A DNA stretch of 64,000 bases from Sphagnum compactum (Eukaryota). The translations under genes were made by a program, and so were the position numbers. The stretch lies in NCBI GenBank assembly GCA_965153455.1, contig OZ234493.1, forward strand, positions 24,666,213 to 24,730,212, written 5' to 3'. Of this stretch, positions 41,261 through 52,773 are shown piece after piece. The notes below the pieces were generated by a model, which saw only the letters and a program-made list of their open reading frames with translations, was not told where the DNA came from and ran no database searches. Positions within the stretch are counted from its first letter, which is position 1. Each line of letters opens with the position of its first letter.

Positions 41261-42315
41261 AACTCACCTTCCATGCCATGATGTTGCTGTTACATGTTTT
41301 GATTCATGGATTGCAGTTCAATTCTGTAAGAGAGTTTGTTGGCACTTCAATGGTTGGCATCTGCAATATTTCAGATTTGCTGTTTCAAGTGTAGAGAAGA
41401 CTTTTGGTTCAGGGCACTGTAAGAGGTGTGCATCCCTGCCCCCGCAGGAAGTCTGGGTGATGGGACAAACCAGCCTTTCTTATTTAATGAAGAGAAGACA
41501 CAGATTCTCATCTCCCAGTGAAGGATATCTTGGTACTGGTTGAGGGTGTCAAAAGCCTTGCCTGGAGTGATCAACCATCCTGCCTCCAAGCAGTAAAGTC
41601 ACATCAACACCCTCTTTTCTCATTGGGGGTATCCTTTCTGGAAATATCCAATTTCTAATAGGGTCAGGTGCTGTTCACTCCCCTGGCAGATTTCATGCCT
41701 TAAACTCTCATTTGAGCTTCCAATTTGTAAGCTAACAGGTGAAGTGACATCTCAGATATTTCACATATATCTTTCACTTGTGCATAACAGCAATCGAGCC
41801 ATGAAAGAACAAATCTTGTTTGCAGAACTGTTTTATGCATCTGAAATATCTGTCACATATAATCTGCAAGTAGTTCATGACTAAAATGGTTGATGCATTT
41901 GTATTCCAGCTTTGTAAACAGCACTTTTTGGCACAGTACCAAAATGGTATTCATGGCCTGGAGATAAAAATGGAAACTATGGACCCTGCACTAACCATGA
42001 ATTTAGTGTAGAAATCTGTACATGACTACTCACCAATATTCTTATGGACTGCTTGTTAACAAGGGCCTTTTCACCCACAATTTTACAACTGGTTTCAAAA
42101 TTCATGGGAAACAATGTACATGAGTTAAGTTTGCTGTGGAAAATGTACATTAATGATGCAGCTATCAATAACCAATACCTGACCAGTATGACCAATTGAA
42201 CATGGGAAGGTTTCATCAAACCACAGCACCTTGGCTTACTTCAAGCAAATGTACTGTCAAGAGCTAATTGGCAATTCATGGAACCACTTCATGATCCTGT
42301 AAAGAGGAGTGGCCT

Positions 42316-43984
42316 TCACTTTTTTAAACTGGTGCCGGGATTGAAGCTCCAACTAGATTGAAACAGACTGATGAGCTCATCTTCCTCATCAGAGTCATAA
42401 TTTAACTGAGACTTCTGAGGATCTTCTGTGCTGCTTTCATTTTCTTGAGTTTCTTCTTCCATAATTTCATCTTGGTAAACTTCCTGAACATCACCTTCAG
42501 GACTCTCATCTCTGGGATATTCAGGAACTGTACCTTGGGGATCTTCATATTGAGGTGTTTCAACCACCAATTCCTGCTTTGTAGCTGCCCCATACTGGTG
42601 CTGTGCCTTCACAGAGCTTCCCTTGCTTGCCACCTCAACAGCATTCATGCCCTTCTCATCCAGATCAGTGTCCAAATGGTTCATCTGCAACACTGAAGCA
42701 TCCTTTTCACAAACCACAAGATGTTTATCCTCAACCTCACTGTGCCGGACAAGCCAATTGGAACCTGCCTGCGCCAAAGGGACACCAATAGTTTGCACAA
42801 CAGGAACAAAAATCCGCAGCAATGTGACTTTATTGGCCAAATTGAGTGCCTCTTCTGACTTGCTCTTCACCACAACCTCATACTCAACCCAAACATCAGC
42901 AGCAGCACCAACCAATCCCCGCCTGCAAACTCTGTCTGCAACCTTCCATGAGAGGACATGCAGATCTTGGGCTTTACAGAAAATGTCTGAGACACCTGGT
43001 ACTTGTTTCTCAACCTCACCGCCAATCAAACACAACTGGATACATCAACAACAGATGGAATGTCAATACTCTGCAAGAAGCATGCAGAAAGGACTCAAAA
43101 TGGGCATCTTATTCCTTGTGTATCAAGTGACTTGCATGGCAGCAAATATCTGACTCTGCACAAAAGGACTTTTTGTACACATGTCCAAAACAGGACCTGC
43201 TCCTCACCTGATCACAAGAAAACAACCAAAGATGTGCAAAGCCAAGAGCAGTAGTGACAGCAAAGTAGCCAGTACACCTTTTCTATGCTAGAGGCTAGCA
43301 GTCGTGCAAAATTTGTCAGGAAGGAGCAGGAGAAAATCTAATTCCCAGCTGTAGGAATTTCCTCTTAAACCAAGTTCAGGTCAGATTAGTCATCAGAAAA
43401 CTTGCTGTTTCTCCACACAGAAAATAAGCCTAGATTTGGAAAAGGCAGAACAAACCAGTAGAGTGCAAGAAAAACACCTGATCATCAACATAAGACAGCA
43501 TGTTTAAACTTTGATTTTTTACATAGGTGACAAGTGGTTGTAAAGGTGGGCCAATGACATCCTCCACTACTCTGACAGTTGATCCAAATGGAAATGGTAA
43601 CTGCTTCACACTTCGAAGGACAGAACATGAAAGAGACAACACTCCCAATCCTACATGCTCCAGCAGCTTCGGCCTTTCTTGTATCATACCATCATCCTGT
43701 TCCAAACCCCCAATAATAGACCACTTAATTTTGCTCTCTACAAAGAATACTCCATGCTGCAACTGTCATATATTCTGTCTTCACTTAGAGGTGGAGGGAG
43801 ATGTGTTCCTAATTCTGGCAATTCCTTTCGATGGACTCCCCGTGATGAGGTCAAAAGAGATAACAGCTGGAATGCAACATCTAGAAAGGCATTGAGAGAA
43901 AAGAACAGGGTGATGTGAAAGAGGAGTGCATACATCATGAAGTGTGTCTGGACATGTAGATACTGCCGGTTCTGCCGAAGTCAT
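42316..43984 (-). CDS. REF/SRPP-like (lipid-droplet-associated, LDAP-type) protein with acidic C-terminal tail, about 351 aa
   Basis: Exons 43984-43934, 43762-43478 and 43035-42316, joined by phase-0 GT-AG introns. The segments PFGSTVRVVEDVIGPPLQPLV...LSYVDDQ and RRGLVGAAADVWVEYE..EEAL..ANKVTLLRIFVPVV resemble the rubber elongation factor domain. The first exon is less certain; an alternative ATG is at 43687. Confidence 0.7.
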
Positions 43985-46900
43985 TTTAGACCACTCCAAT
44001 GCAGACTGCCACAGACAAAACCTATGTAATTGATGTTCATAGACTGTGCATACAATTTGACAATCTGGCCTTCATTCACTTTGTATAGGGAAGCAAGAGA
44101 AAATTGATATAACCATGTATTATTGTGCAAATTTGCAACAAAAGACAAGCTCAATGCAGAATTTTCTTTGTGGATGCTCTAATACACCAAATATTGAGCA
44201 AGGAATTCAATTTCTGTTCAAAAATTTCCTGTAAAAACACATCCAAAAATCTCAATTTCACCAAAACTCACATTCTGATCTTGTAAGCATTTGCAGACAG
44301 AAAAGGGTTTGATGTCTGCAAAGCAACACATATTGCATACACAATGCTTCAGCTGACTGATGAATTTCGACTTGCTGAACTATTGATGTCCTCTGATCTC
44401 AAACATACTTCTTTGCAGTGATTCCAAGATACATACCTAAAAAAAATTCAGACACTAAAAACGAAGTCCTCCTCAGTCCTTCCCAGCCAACTTTTGAAAG
44501 GAGGATCTTTGTTGGTAGGGTTGAGCATACAACAACAGAACACAAACTCACAGTCAACAGAATGTGCATTTTTATTCTTGTATCACCGTTTCCTACTCCC
44601 CCACCTAAAAGTCAGAGTTCTTTCAGAGAATCCAATGACAAACAATATCTACATCATTTACTCACAACAAGCACAAAAATTGCAGGAGATGGAGCAAAAC
44701 TATGGTAAGATTCCGCTCATTAGGAAGAGAGGCAATAGTGGCGCAACCAAGAAGCCCCTTATCCCTCAGGTCATTCCGAGAGCTCTTGCCCCTAAATACA
44801 TTGAGGTTCGCGACAATTAATAAGCTATCACAAAGGACATCGGCAGCTCACTTGTTTCCTCCGTCATTTTCCGAACGATTTTTGAGAGGAAAACTGACTC
44901 GAAATCGACAAATCGCGACAGAAACAACGACAAAACGTTCCAAAAGGACCAGAACGTCGTCAGCGTACTCATTCTACACCTGTGCGAAAACCGTAGACCT
45001 GACGAATTTTTGTGTAATTTTGTATAAAGCTCGTGTCAGCGACTAAGGGACATGGGAAAATTTGGATTTCCATCTTCTTGCCGCAGCAGTGAAGTGTAGG
45101 AAATCACGCTTACGAAATGAAATTCAATAAAAAATGCATGAAAGCAAAGAAAATAGTGAAGCGTACCTCCCCCTCCCCAAAAGCCAAGAGAACGTGATGG
45201 AATATATCGCTGGAGCTTTGAAGCGACTGTAGATGCGGCTCCAAATTTTTTCGCGATCGGGACAAAGATCATGGAAAAACGAGAGTTTCACCCGACCAAG
45301 AAAATTGGCGTGCGCGCGCAGAGCCGTCGGTCATCACCAGAGAGGCGAGGGCGCCGCGAGGCGGAGTCGCTGCAGGTGTGGTGCCGCCGCAGCGATGGCG
45401 CGGACGTGGCGACGAAAGACGACTACTGCTCTCCTCGTCTTTTACTCAATTAAAAAGAAATTCACATGGAGCTTTCCTCGAGGCCTCACCACGGTGCACA
45501 ACTAAACTTAGTGAAAACGTTTCCTCCTCTTTTTGCCTTTTTCTCTCATTCTAACGTGTAATTTCTTAGGGGAGATTTATTATTTTTAATAAATTTGTCA
45601 AATCATCCTTTTGCTCTGTCTCTCATTCTAACCTAAATGTTTTTTAAAACAAAATAATTTAAAGTAAAAAGACTGTTGATGCAAAAAAAGTCCATCTTCT
45701 TTGAGTGAAGTTCTCCTTCTTCACCTTCCCCCACACCCCACCCAAAAAAGAAAGGGCCAAAAAAAAGGACTTTGCGTAAAGAATCAAAATGAAATCCTAT
45801 CACAATCAACATCATCAATTTTTCTTTTTAAAAAATTATTTTCAAAGCATATTGTGGTAAAAGAGTTTGTATCTTGTGTGCCACAACGAGAAGCATCCTC
45901 AATTTTTTAAATTTTATTTTGGAGTAAATTGTCCTTGTGCCCTAGTAGGTTTGGTACATTTTTGTATTGTGGAGTGCAAAATTGAACTCACCATCTGTTA
46001 TCAAGACCTCAAAGAATTCACCACCCTCTTTAAAAAAGGACAACTTCAACATCCAATTCAAGGGATGATGGACTCCAACTTATAAGAGAGGGAGGTCCTT
46101 ATGTGGATTTTTTAAAAAGTAATAATAAATTGTGACTTAAAAAAATTAGGCACACTACCCCACATGTGATTTGGACTCCAAAGACCAACCACTAAAATCC
46201 ATTGTTGCTTCAAGGTTGATGAACCAATTTTACAACTTTTATTCACACTGCAAAGGTCCCAAGTTCAAACTTGTTCATAAACACATGAAAATAATATCAT
46301 GCCATTCGCCATTGGGCCTAACTTGCAATATTGCATTTACTTGGTAAGTTGTATTTGCTAGTGTCATTCAAATAAATAAATACATACAAAATTGAAATTA
46401 TTTTATAAGGTTGATTTGAATATGATCCATTCAAATGCAACAATGAAATACCAAATATTGGGAATATTACACCACACCTCAAAATGTATGTGGCATGAAA
46501 AAGCAATGGAGCTTACAAAGGGTGAATGAAGCTGCTATGGCATGGCTCTTGTTTTTTCAAATGATAGTTTAGTGTTGAAAGTTCCCCATAGGTTTTAGTT
46601 GATTGTAATTTTTTTAAGTATGCATAGTTTGATTGTCTTTTTCTCTTTATGTTAGGTTGTGGGTGTCTAAGTTGTGTTCAAAGAGGCTTATCGTTTTGGT
46701 GGATAATTGTGTGAGGGTTGTGTTAGCGACTTTGGGAGCATGCAGCTAGTAGCAAGGTTGAAATGGTGAAGTTGTGTTGAAATAATCAAATAGAGCAATG
46801 ATGCTAGAAGCAAAGTTGTATAGCAATAGCATTCATGGAGTAGAGGTCCTTCGTTGATTATGTGCAACAAGGAGTAAACAAGTCCAAAGTCCATCTCATG

Positions 46901-47636
46901 TTTTCAAAGACACTCGTAATAGAAGGGTTGCAAGAAATGATAGCATGTCATTTTGAAAAGATTGCTCTCAATGCATAACAAAAGTTGAATTAGGTGAGTT
47001 ATTATTTGTTACCTTTAAAATTTTGTCACAATTATGCAAGCTTTCTACTAAAGGAAATGAAATGAATGATCAAGATAAACTAAGATGTCATCATTGTTGA
47101 AATGATCTATTTGCAAGATCACATGGTCATTGCTAGTTTTGTAAGACCAAAGCCAGACTCACCTTTCAATGTTTGGTTTGTTAACCTTTAAACCAATGAG
47201 ATTGAAAATTGTAAGGTGTTGTTTGATTGCATACTTGGAAGAGGGACCTTTAAGTTCAAAATTGAAAAGCTACATGTTATTAAAAATAATTAACATTGAT
47301 CCCATTCAAGTCAAGTGAAGATGTGTATCTTTTAAGGTTGGGTTGTACGTTTCAATTGAGATTATTCAAAGGGGATGAAGATCCCAACTTGGATTACCTT
47401 GTGAAAACTCTTTATTGAGTTTTGAAATGTGGGATGGGAGATAACATATAGGCTTCGTTCACACTCAAGGTTGACAAACAATCTATCCATACATGAGTTA
47501 AAGGTGAAGAAGGGTGGGCCAAAGACATCTTTGGATGTGTTGAATGTTATGTTTTCTTGTTGAATCCGAATGGTTTTTCTAACACAAACATATCCCAAAC
47601 CCAAATAATGTTATAACTTGTGTTTGCACTCATAGG

Positions 47637-47807
47637 TTTTGATTGTGCAACGCTACTATATTTGTGGCTTGGCCATTGACTTGCACTCCTGGGTTTTGAT
47701 TGTTCAATGCCACTATGCTTGTGCCTTGACCATTGACTTGTACTCCTGGGTTGTGATTGTTCAATTCCACTATGGTTGTGGCTTGGCCATTAACTTACAC
47801 TCCTGGG
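47637..47807. repeat. 57-bp tandem repeat x3
   Basis: Units 47637-47693, 47694-47750 and 47751-47807 each end in ACTCCTGGG, with no spacers between them. Confidence 0.9.
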
Positions 47808-48360
47808 ACTCCATTGGCTTGGCCTTTGGTCCACATCGAGCTTGAAATGCAACAAACCTTTGGGGAACACAATCACATCACCCCCATTCACAAGTGCAAC
47901 AAATAGAGTTGGTTGTTGGTGCTTACAAACCCCACCAAGTTATCCAGAGTGACATACTGAGTACCGGTGGAGATGCTCTTAAAGCAATTTAGATGAATTT
48001 CAAGCTTTTTACCATGGTACCTGTGTGGTTGCTGGTTCACCCAGAAGATCTTGTTCCCTATGCTGTTCGAAGCCAACACTAAACCTAAAAACAGAACGAT
48101 ACGCAGAAAACGAAGAAAAGATGTCCCGAGGACAGAGGCCACAACACGTAACATTCAACAGTCCACTGCCGTCCGTGAGTACAGATTACAGACAAAAATG
48201 ATGCGTTTCACTCTTTGACGTCTTCGTGAATGAAGATTACAGAGCATAATGATCATCCTTATTGTCATTCTGCTAAAATTAGGGTAAGAGTTATTTGATA
48301 TAATGGCCTAAAAATTGGACTGTCTAGATCTAGCGCCGTCCAGATCCAGCAATGGTGCGG

Positions 48361-48420
48361 AAACCCTAAAATCTTGTATAAATAAACTATGTCTTCATGG
48401 AGGTATTCTCTCTTCCGCTC
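48361..48420 (+). promoter_or_regulatory. Telo-box + TATA + pyrimidine-rich initiator of the snoRNA host gene
   Basis: AAACCCTAA at 48361-48369, TATAAATA at about 48377-48384, and TTCTCTCTTCCGCTCC about 30 nt downstream. Confidence 0.65.
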
Positions 48421-48804
48421 CGTGCAAGGTAGGCTCCTGATGGCGCGTCGGTCAGCAGAGGAAGACAGCGACGGTCTGTGTTCTGCGCTTGCGCAAAGTG
48501 GCAGAGGTTTTTGTGGAGAGATCTTCTGTACGGTCTTGATTTGTTACCGATGTTTGTTTTTCAGTTGCTATCTCTAATGTTTCGAATGACTTTGGCCTTA
48601 GTTTCTTCGGATGCTTCTGAAGATGAAACCCTTCTGTAGGGTTTCATCTTCACCTACATGTGGAGGTTTCTTGTATGCGGTAGTTTTCCGGAAAGCTTTC
48701 TATGGAGCCTACTTGTAGGTGTTAGTTTGTGGGAAGCTTGCTATGTAGTAGTCTTTGCTTGTCTTGTCTGGGAGGTTTTGTTTTGTTTTGTCCCTGTTTC
48801 TTGT

Positions 48805-48897
48805 GAGGGCGATGATTATAACCATATTTACATTACCATCTTTCGGGACGGAGAAACCTTTGTTGGTTGTGCCGATTTCTCGAATTATGATGCCCTT
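48805..48897 (+). ncRNA. Box C/D snoRNA, snR39B/SNORD2-like guide for a 25S rRNA Gm
   Basis: Terminal stem GAGGGCG/TGCCCTT, C box ATGATTA (48812), D' box CGGA and D box ATGA (48887). The 13-nt guide ACCATCTTTCGGG (48835-48847) is complementary to the conserved LSU rRNA sequence CCCGAAAGAUGGU. The boxes are non-consensus variants. Confidence 0.7.
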
Positions 48898-48981
48898 CCA
48901 GTGCTTCCCTATTAGTGGTAAATTTCTAGCTGCTCTACAGGAGTTATGGGCAAGCATCTGTGAACGGTTGAAGTCTGTTTC

Positions 48982-49129
48982 TCCTGAACTAAAAGCAGAG
49001 GCCAATGAAACCAGAATGAGCTGGATCTCTCGTCAGTTACAGGAAGATAAAAAAGCATCAACTTTAGGTGGTGAGCCATTGTCGGGTTTATGGCCAATGG
49101 CAATAGGTTCAATCCATGGTGCTACAACC
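48982..49129 (+). ncRNA. Box H/ACA snoRNA, SNORA21/ACA21 (snR10)-like double guide for 25S rRNA pseudouridines
   Basis: Two hairpins, H box AGATAA (49045-49050) and ACA (49124-49126), with both pockets exactly 14 nt from their box. Pocket 1 (AAAAGC/CGTC) fits GACG-U-U-GCUUUU and pocket 2 (GGTG/CAATCCA) fits UGGAUUG-U-U-CACC in conserved LSU rRNA. Confidence 0.85.
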
Positions 49130-51148
49130 TCAAGCGTACACTGTTCTTATGTTTGGTTTCATCACTGTCTGTAGCATGCTAAGCTCTTCAGTAGCTTTCA
49201 TCAAGGGTCTTCTTCTTGTCTTCTGTGCAGGGGGCTTCTCTTGAGCTTCAACCCTGGTGAAGCACTCCATCTGAGTTCGCTTCTGATTTCGTAGGTATGG
49301 GTCTGTGGCTCTGCCTTTTATGGCAAGTTCAAACTAGCAACGTTTAAAGTGGGAAATGTTCTATTTGAAGTTCCCACATAAATGAGCTCCCTGGTGAATG
49401 GTCCTCAAAGTGTGGCATCAAATGAACTCTGCGTTGTTCAATAGTTTCTGCCTGATGTAGACCAACAAATAGCCTAGTACACCAAGAACTCATCAGCAGT
49501 TTGTGTTACGTAACCCATCTGTTGTTATTCATCCAGCACTTCTGTGTGCATTTGAACCATGCAGGCAGAGTTTGTTGCAGACAGATCCATACCTAGGTGC
49601 AATGTGCTTATCAAGCTGTTTTGAAGCTTATGCTTCCCAATGCACGCTCAATCTAATTTCGAAACTCCATCTCTAGTAGGAGATGCCCAACGTTTAGTTT
49701 CACAATATGGTCATTAACTGTTCAGGTAATGGCATCATCAGTAAAAGTACAATGGCCTCGCAATCAATGCAAGGTACATCGAAAATTCTCCGCCTTGTTG
49801 AGGCCCACAGCTATTGTAAAATAGAGCTCAGATTCTTTAAGCCCCACAAGCTTCTTCAACATGGTAGTTGGCAAGAACAACCAACAGGTGGACAATACTC
49901 TGGAGCTGCAGCAGTTCTCAACTTCCAACCAAAGCTATTACTCTTCTTATTAGAGAAATGGCTATCTACTCTTGATCAAAGTGGCAAATTTGCCCACTGG
50001 CTGTTTCCCTCCCTTTCGGGCAATTTCAAATCAGCGACGGTTAAAATAATAATGCTCCATGAAGTTCCTAAAAACTGAACTCAACTAATACCTGGTGAAA
50101 CAAACAGTCCTGGAAATGTGGGACCAGATGAAAACTGCATCATTCTCTAGTCTCTCCCTTACAGGTAGGAGCCAAAAAATCCTCTGCGTGATGGATCAGA
50201 TTTTACATAAACTTCTGAATGGACAAACTTAATAATCAAAGGGATTGGTGTTGTCTACTGCAGCCATGAAGCGCCAAGGCAATTGCAGAGCTCTGTAAGA
50301 TAAGATAAGCTTTTGGCTAGAAGAGCAGACATCTTAATATTCATTAGAACTGCTTGTAGCACTGGTGAACAACAGCTATCCAACACATTCAATTCACTCA
50401 GCAGCAACATGTGCAAAACAGGAAATCCAACCAAAATGAATGGGTATTGTGAAAATTGGGAATTGGTGTACAGTCTCCAGACTAATGAAAATTGGAAATT
50501 GCCTCAATTTTCTCCCCCCTCTCTTCTGTTCCTCTGGCTTGTTGCTGGACCTGTAACTATATCTTGCTCCATCAGCCAGAACAGGGCAGCAAATACTTGG
50601 GTACACTGGTGGAAATCATGGAGGACAAAGACAATAGTGGCTTTGTGAGGGAATATGCATTTTTCTGTGGCAAATCGTTTGTCACCCACATAAATATGTG
50701 ATGTTTCCAAGCTCCAAAATATTTCCAATCTGGGAAAGGGTATAGCAGCTTTGCAAGGTAACCAATACAGGTTTAGCCAGCATTTTTACCAGTTCATGAA
50801 CTTTGGTTAGGGTTAGGGTTAGGGTTCATTTACCTTGTATTTAGTATTTACCCTATTGGCAATAGGTACCCATGGGTACATGCCTATTGCAAAGTTATGA
50901 GATCCCAATTGGGAATACAAAATTGAGAGATGGTGGAACCATGCTTCATGGCTAGCTACGCTACCCTGATTGCAAAATGAATTAGTTCAAAAAAACAAAC
51001 TTGGAGAACACGGCTACATCTCCAGTTGGCACTCACAAGTTGATTCCCAATTCAAACCCAATCCCATGACCTACTTACTACACAGAATGTCATGAGGGTG
51101 AATGAAGTCTCTCTTCCCTCTTGGTAGAGGCAACAAAAGGGAAAGGGA

Positions 51149-51468
51149 CCAGAGTGAACCAGCACCCCCACCAGCGCACCGAATAAGGATGGATGGGTTT
51201 TCTGTCGAATTCCAGTTCCCTAACTAACCATGGTGATTAGCTAGTTGCTTGTTTATACTACCTACCTACTAACAACTCAGGTAGTAATAAAAAGAGCCTT
51301 TGCCTATGTATAAACCATCTACGTAGTATAGGTAGCACCTACTTCTTACCAAATCGGTTACCAAGGTGAATCCCAGATATTAAACTCAGGTGAGGTTCAT
51401 TCACAGCTGAGTCATAAGGGGCATCTAGAGGATGGTGTGCTGGTGGGGTGGGTGCTGGTTCACTCTGG
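51149..51468. mobile_element. MITE-like element, 320 bp, with 19-bp perfect terminal inverted repeats
   Basis: CCAGAGTGAACCAGCACCC (51149-51167) and GGGTGCTGGTTCACTCTGG (51450-51468), plus a subterminal CCAGCGCACC/GGTGTGCTGG pair. No clear TSD; a decayed sister copy is at about 15316. Confidence 0.8.
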
Positions 51469-52717
51469 CCAACAACAAAATGGCCACTTACAGCCTTCCT
51501 TCCTTCCTTCCTTCAAACCAAAATTATATAAATAAATATAATTAATTAATTAATTAATTATTAAAAATTAAAAAATTGTATCTCAAAATCTTACAAAGAT
51601 GTGAAGTCTCTTCTTTCTTTCTCTGGGCAGAGGCAACAAAAGGGGACTTTATTAAAGTCCTGGGTGACATGAGGAAATGATAAGTTAGGAACCATAAGTT
51701 GTCAGTAAGTCAAAATGAAGACGTGAGTGTGGGTGGGGCACTGGGGTTGTGTGGGTCCACATTGCACAATATGTTTGTGAGCCTGGTTGTGTCAGTGACC
51801 AACACTACTAGTGCCCAACTGGCATGACTTGTAAAGGCAAGTTTTCAATGAAAGTGGGCACCGGTTCGCCTGTACTATTTGGCCCCCACCCTCCTCCACC
51901 TCACATCTACTTGTTGTGTGTGGGGTCCTCCTCAGTTTGCTTCAGATGACGGCCGAATTGGTGGTGGTGCTGGTGGTGGTCAAGATGGATGCATGGGCCC
52001 CCGTTGGAACCTTTCTGGACAAAAAGCTTGGCTCCGCTAGGCTGTCCATGATGAGTCGACTCTGGACACAACAACAACAACAACCTACTGCCTAAATAAT
52101 CTTGTTGTGAAGAGAAGAGGAGGAGGAGGAGGAGGAGCAGCAGCAGCAGCAGGAGAAAGGAAAAATTAAATTGAATTAAATTATGAAATTTCAGTGGGTG
52201 GATAAATAAAGGCCCCAAAAATGAGAAAGGAGGAAAATTTTGAGAAATAATCCAAAAACAAAGCAACAAAACACATCAAGTGATGGGTACGTGTGGTGTT
52301 AATGTCAGTTGCTTTGATGGTGGGTGTAGGTAAGCAAAACCCTGATGTCCGAGGAGAGGAAGACAGCACATTTGGCAGGACGGTTTGTGTGTCAGCATTG
52401 AGGGGAGGGGGAGGGAGGGAGGGGATTGTTTTCAGATCGGAAACCCAATTGCCAGTTGCCAGTTGTTTAGAAGTTACTAGTACCTACACTTCTCATGTGT
52501 GTATTTGATAAGAGGAAAAATTTGGGGTTGTGTCTGGAGGCCACGTAACGAAAACTTGGTGGAGGGTTTGGTTCTTAGTGGTTCCATTTCCTGGGGTTGG
52601 CGCACCTCTTTTGGGCTGTTTGCTTGCCTGGACTTTGGTCCTTGCCCCTTGTTTCTGTGTCTCTCCCTTTCTTGGGTGCTTTCTTTTTTATAAAGTTTGG
52701 CAGGGTTTCATCAAAGC

Positions 52718-52721
<4 letters not shown>

Positions 52722-52752
<31 letters not shown>

Positions 52753-52773
52753 TGTGTGTGTGTGTGTGTGTGT
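52722..52773. repeat. Compound microsatellite (GA)14 (TG)11
   Basis: Directly visible in the sequence. Confidence 0.95.

Larger units (their letters stand above)
48406..50250 (+). ncRNA. Spliced non-coding snoRNA host transcript (predicted)
   Basis: Predicted exons about 48406-48428, 49231-49294, 49726-49773 and 50165 onward, with GT-AG introns. No substantial spliced ORF was found: the upstream ATG at 48389 gives only 17 aa. The 3' end is unknown. Confidence 0.6.

Noticed and set aside
42623-43153. 176-aa plus-strand ORF
   Set aside because: It is the antisense shadow of the REF-like exon.
47637-47807. CRISPR-like array (also considered for 30848-30928 and 59563-59707)
   Set aside because: The units are head-to-tail with no unique spacers, there are no cas genes, and the context is eukaryotic.
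48755-49174. 139-aa ORF as a protein-coding gene
   Set aside because: It has no recognisable homology, and the sequence is better explained by two snoRNAs inside a predicted intron.
50184-50276. Possible further C/D snoRNA (GTGATGG...CTGA...ATGA)
   Set aside because: No recognisable rRNA complementarity and a weak terminal stem.
50807-50824. (TTAGGG)3 as an interstitial telomere
   Set aside because: It is only three units and similar short runs occur elsewhere (about 7646), so it is too short to support the call.
51990-52025. RKVPTG as a CLE peptide
   Set aside because: It lacks the P(N/D)PxH(N/H) half of the motif and a signal peptide.
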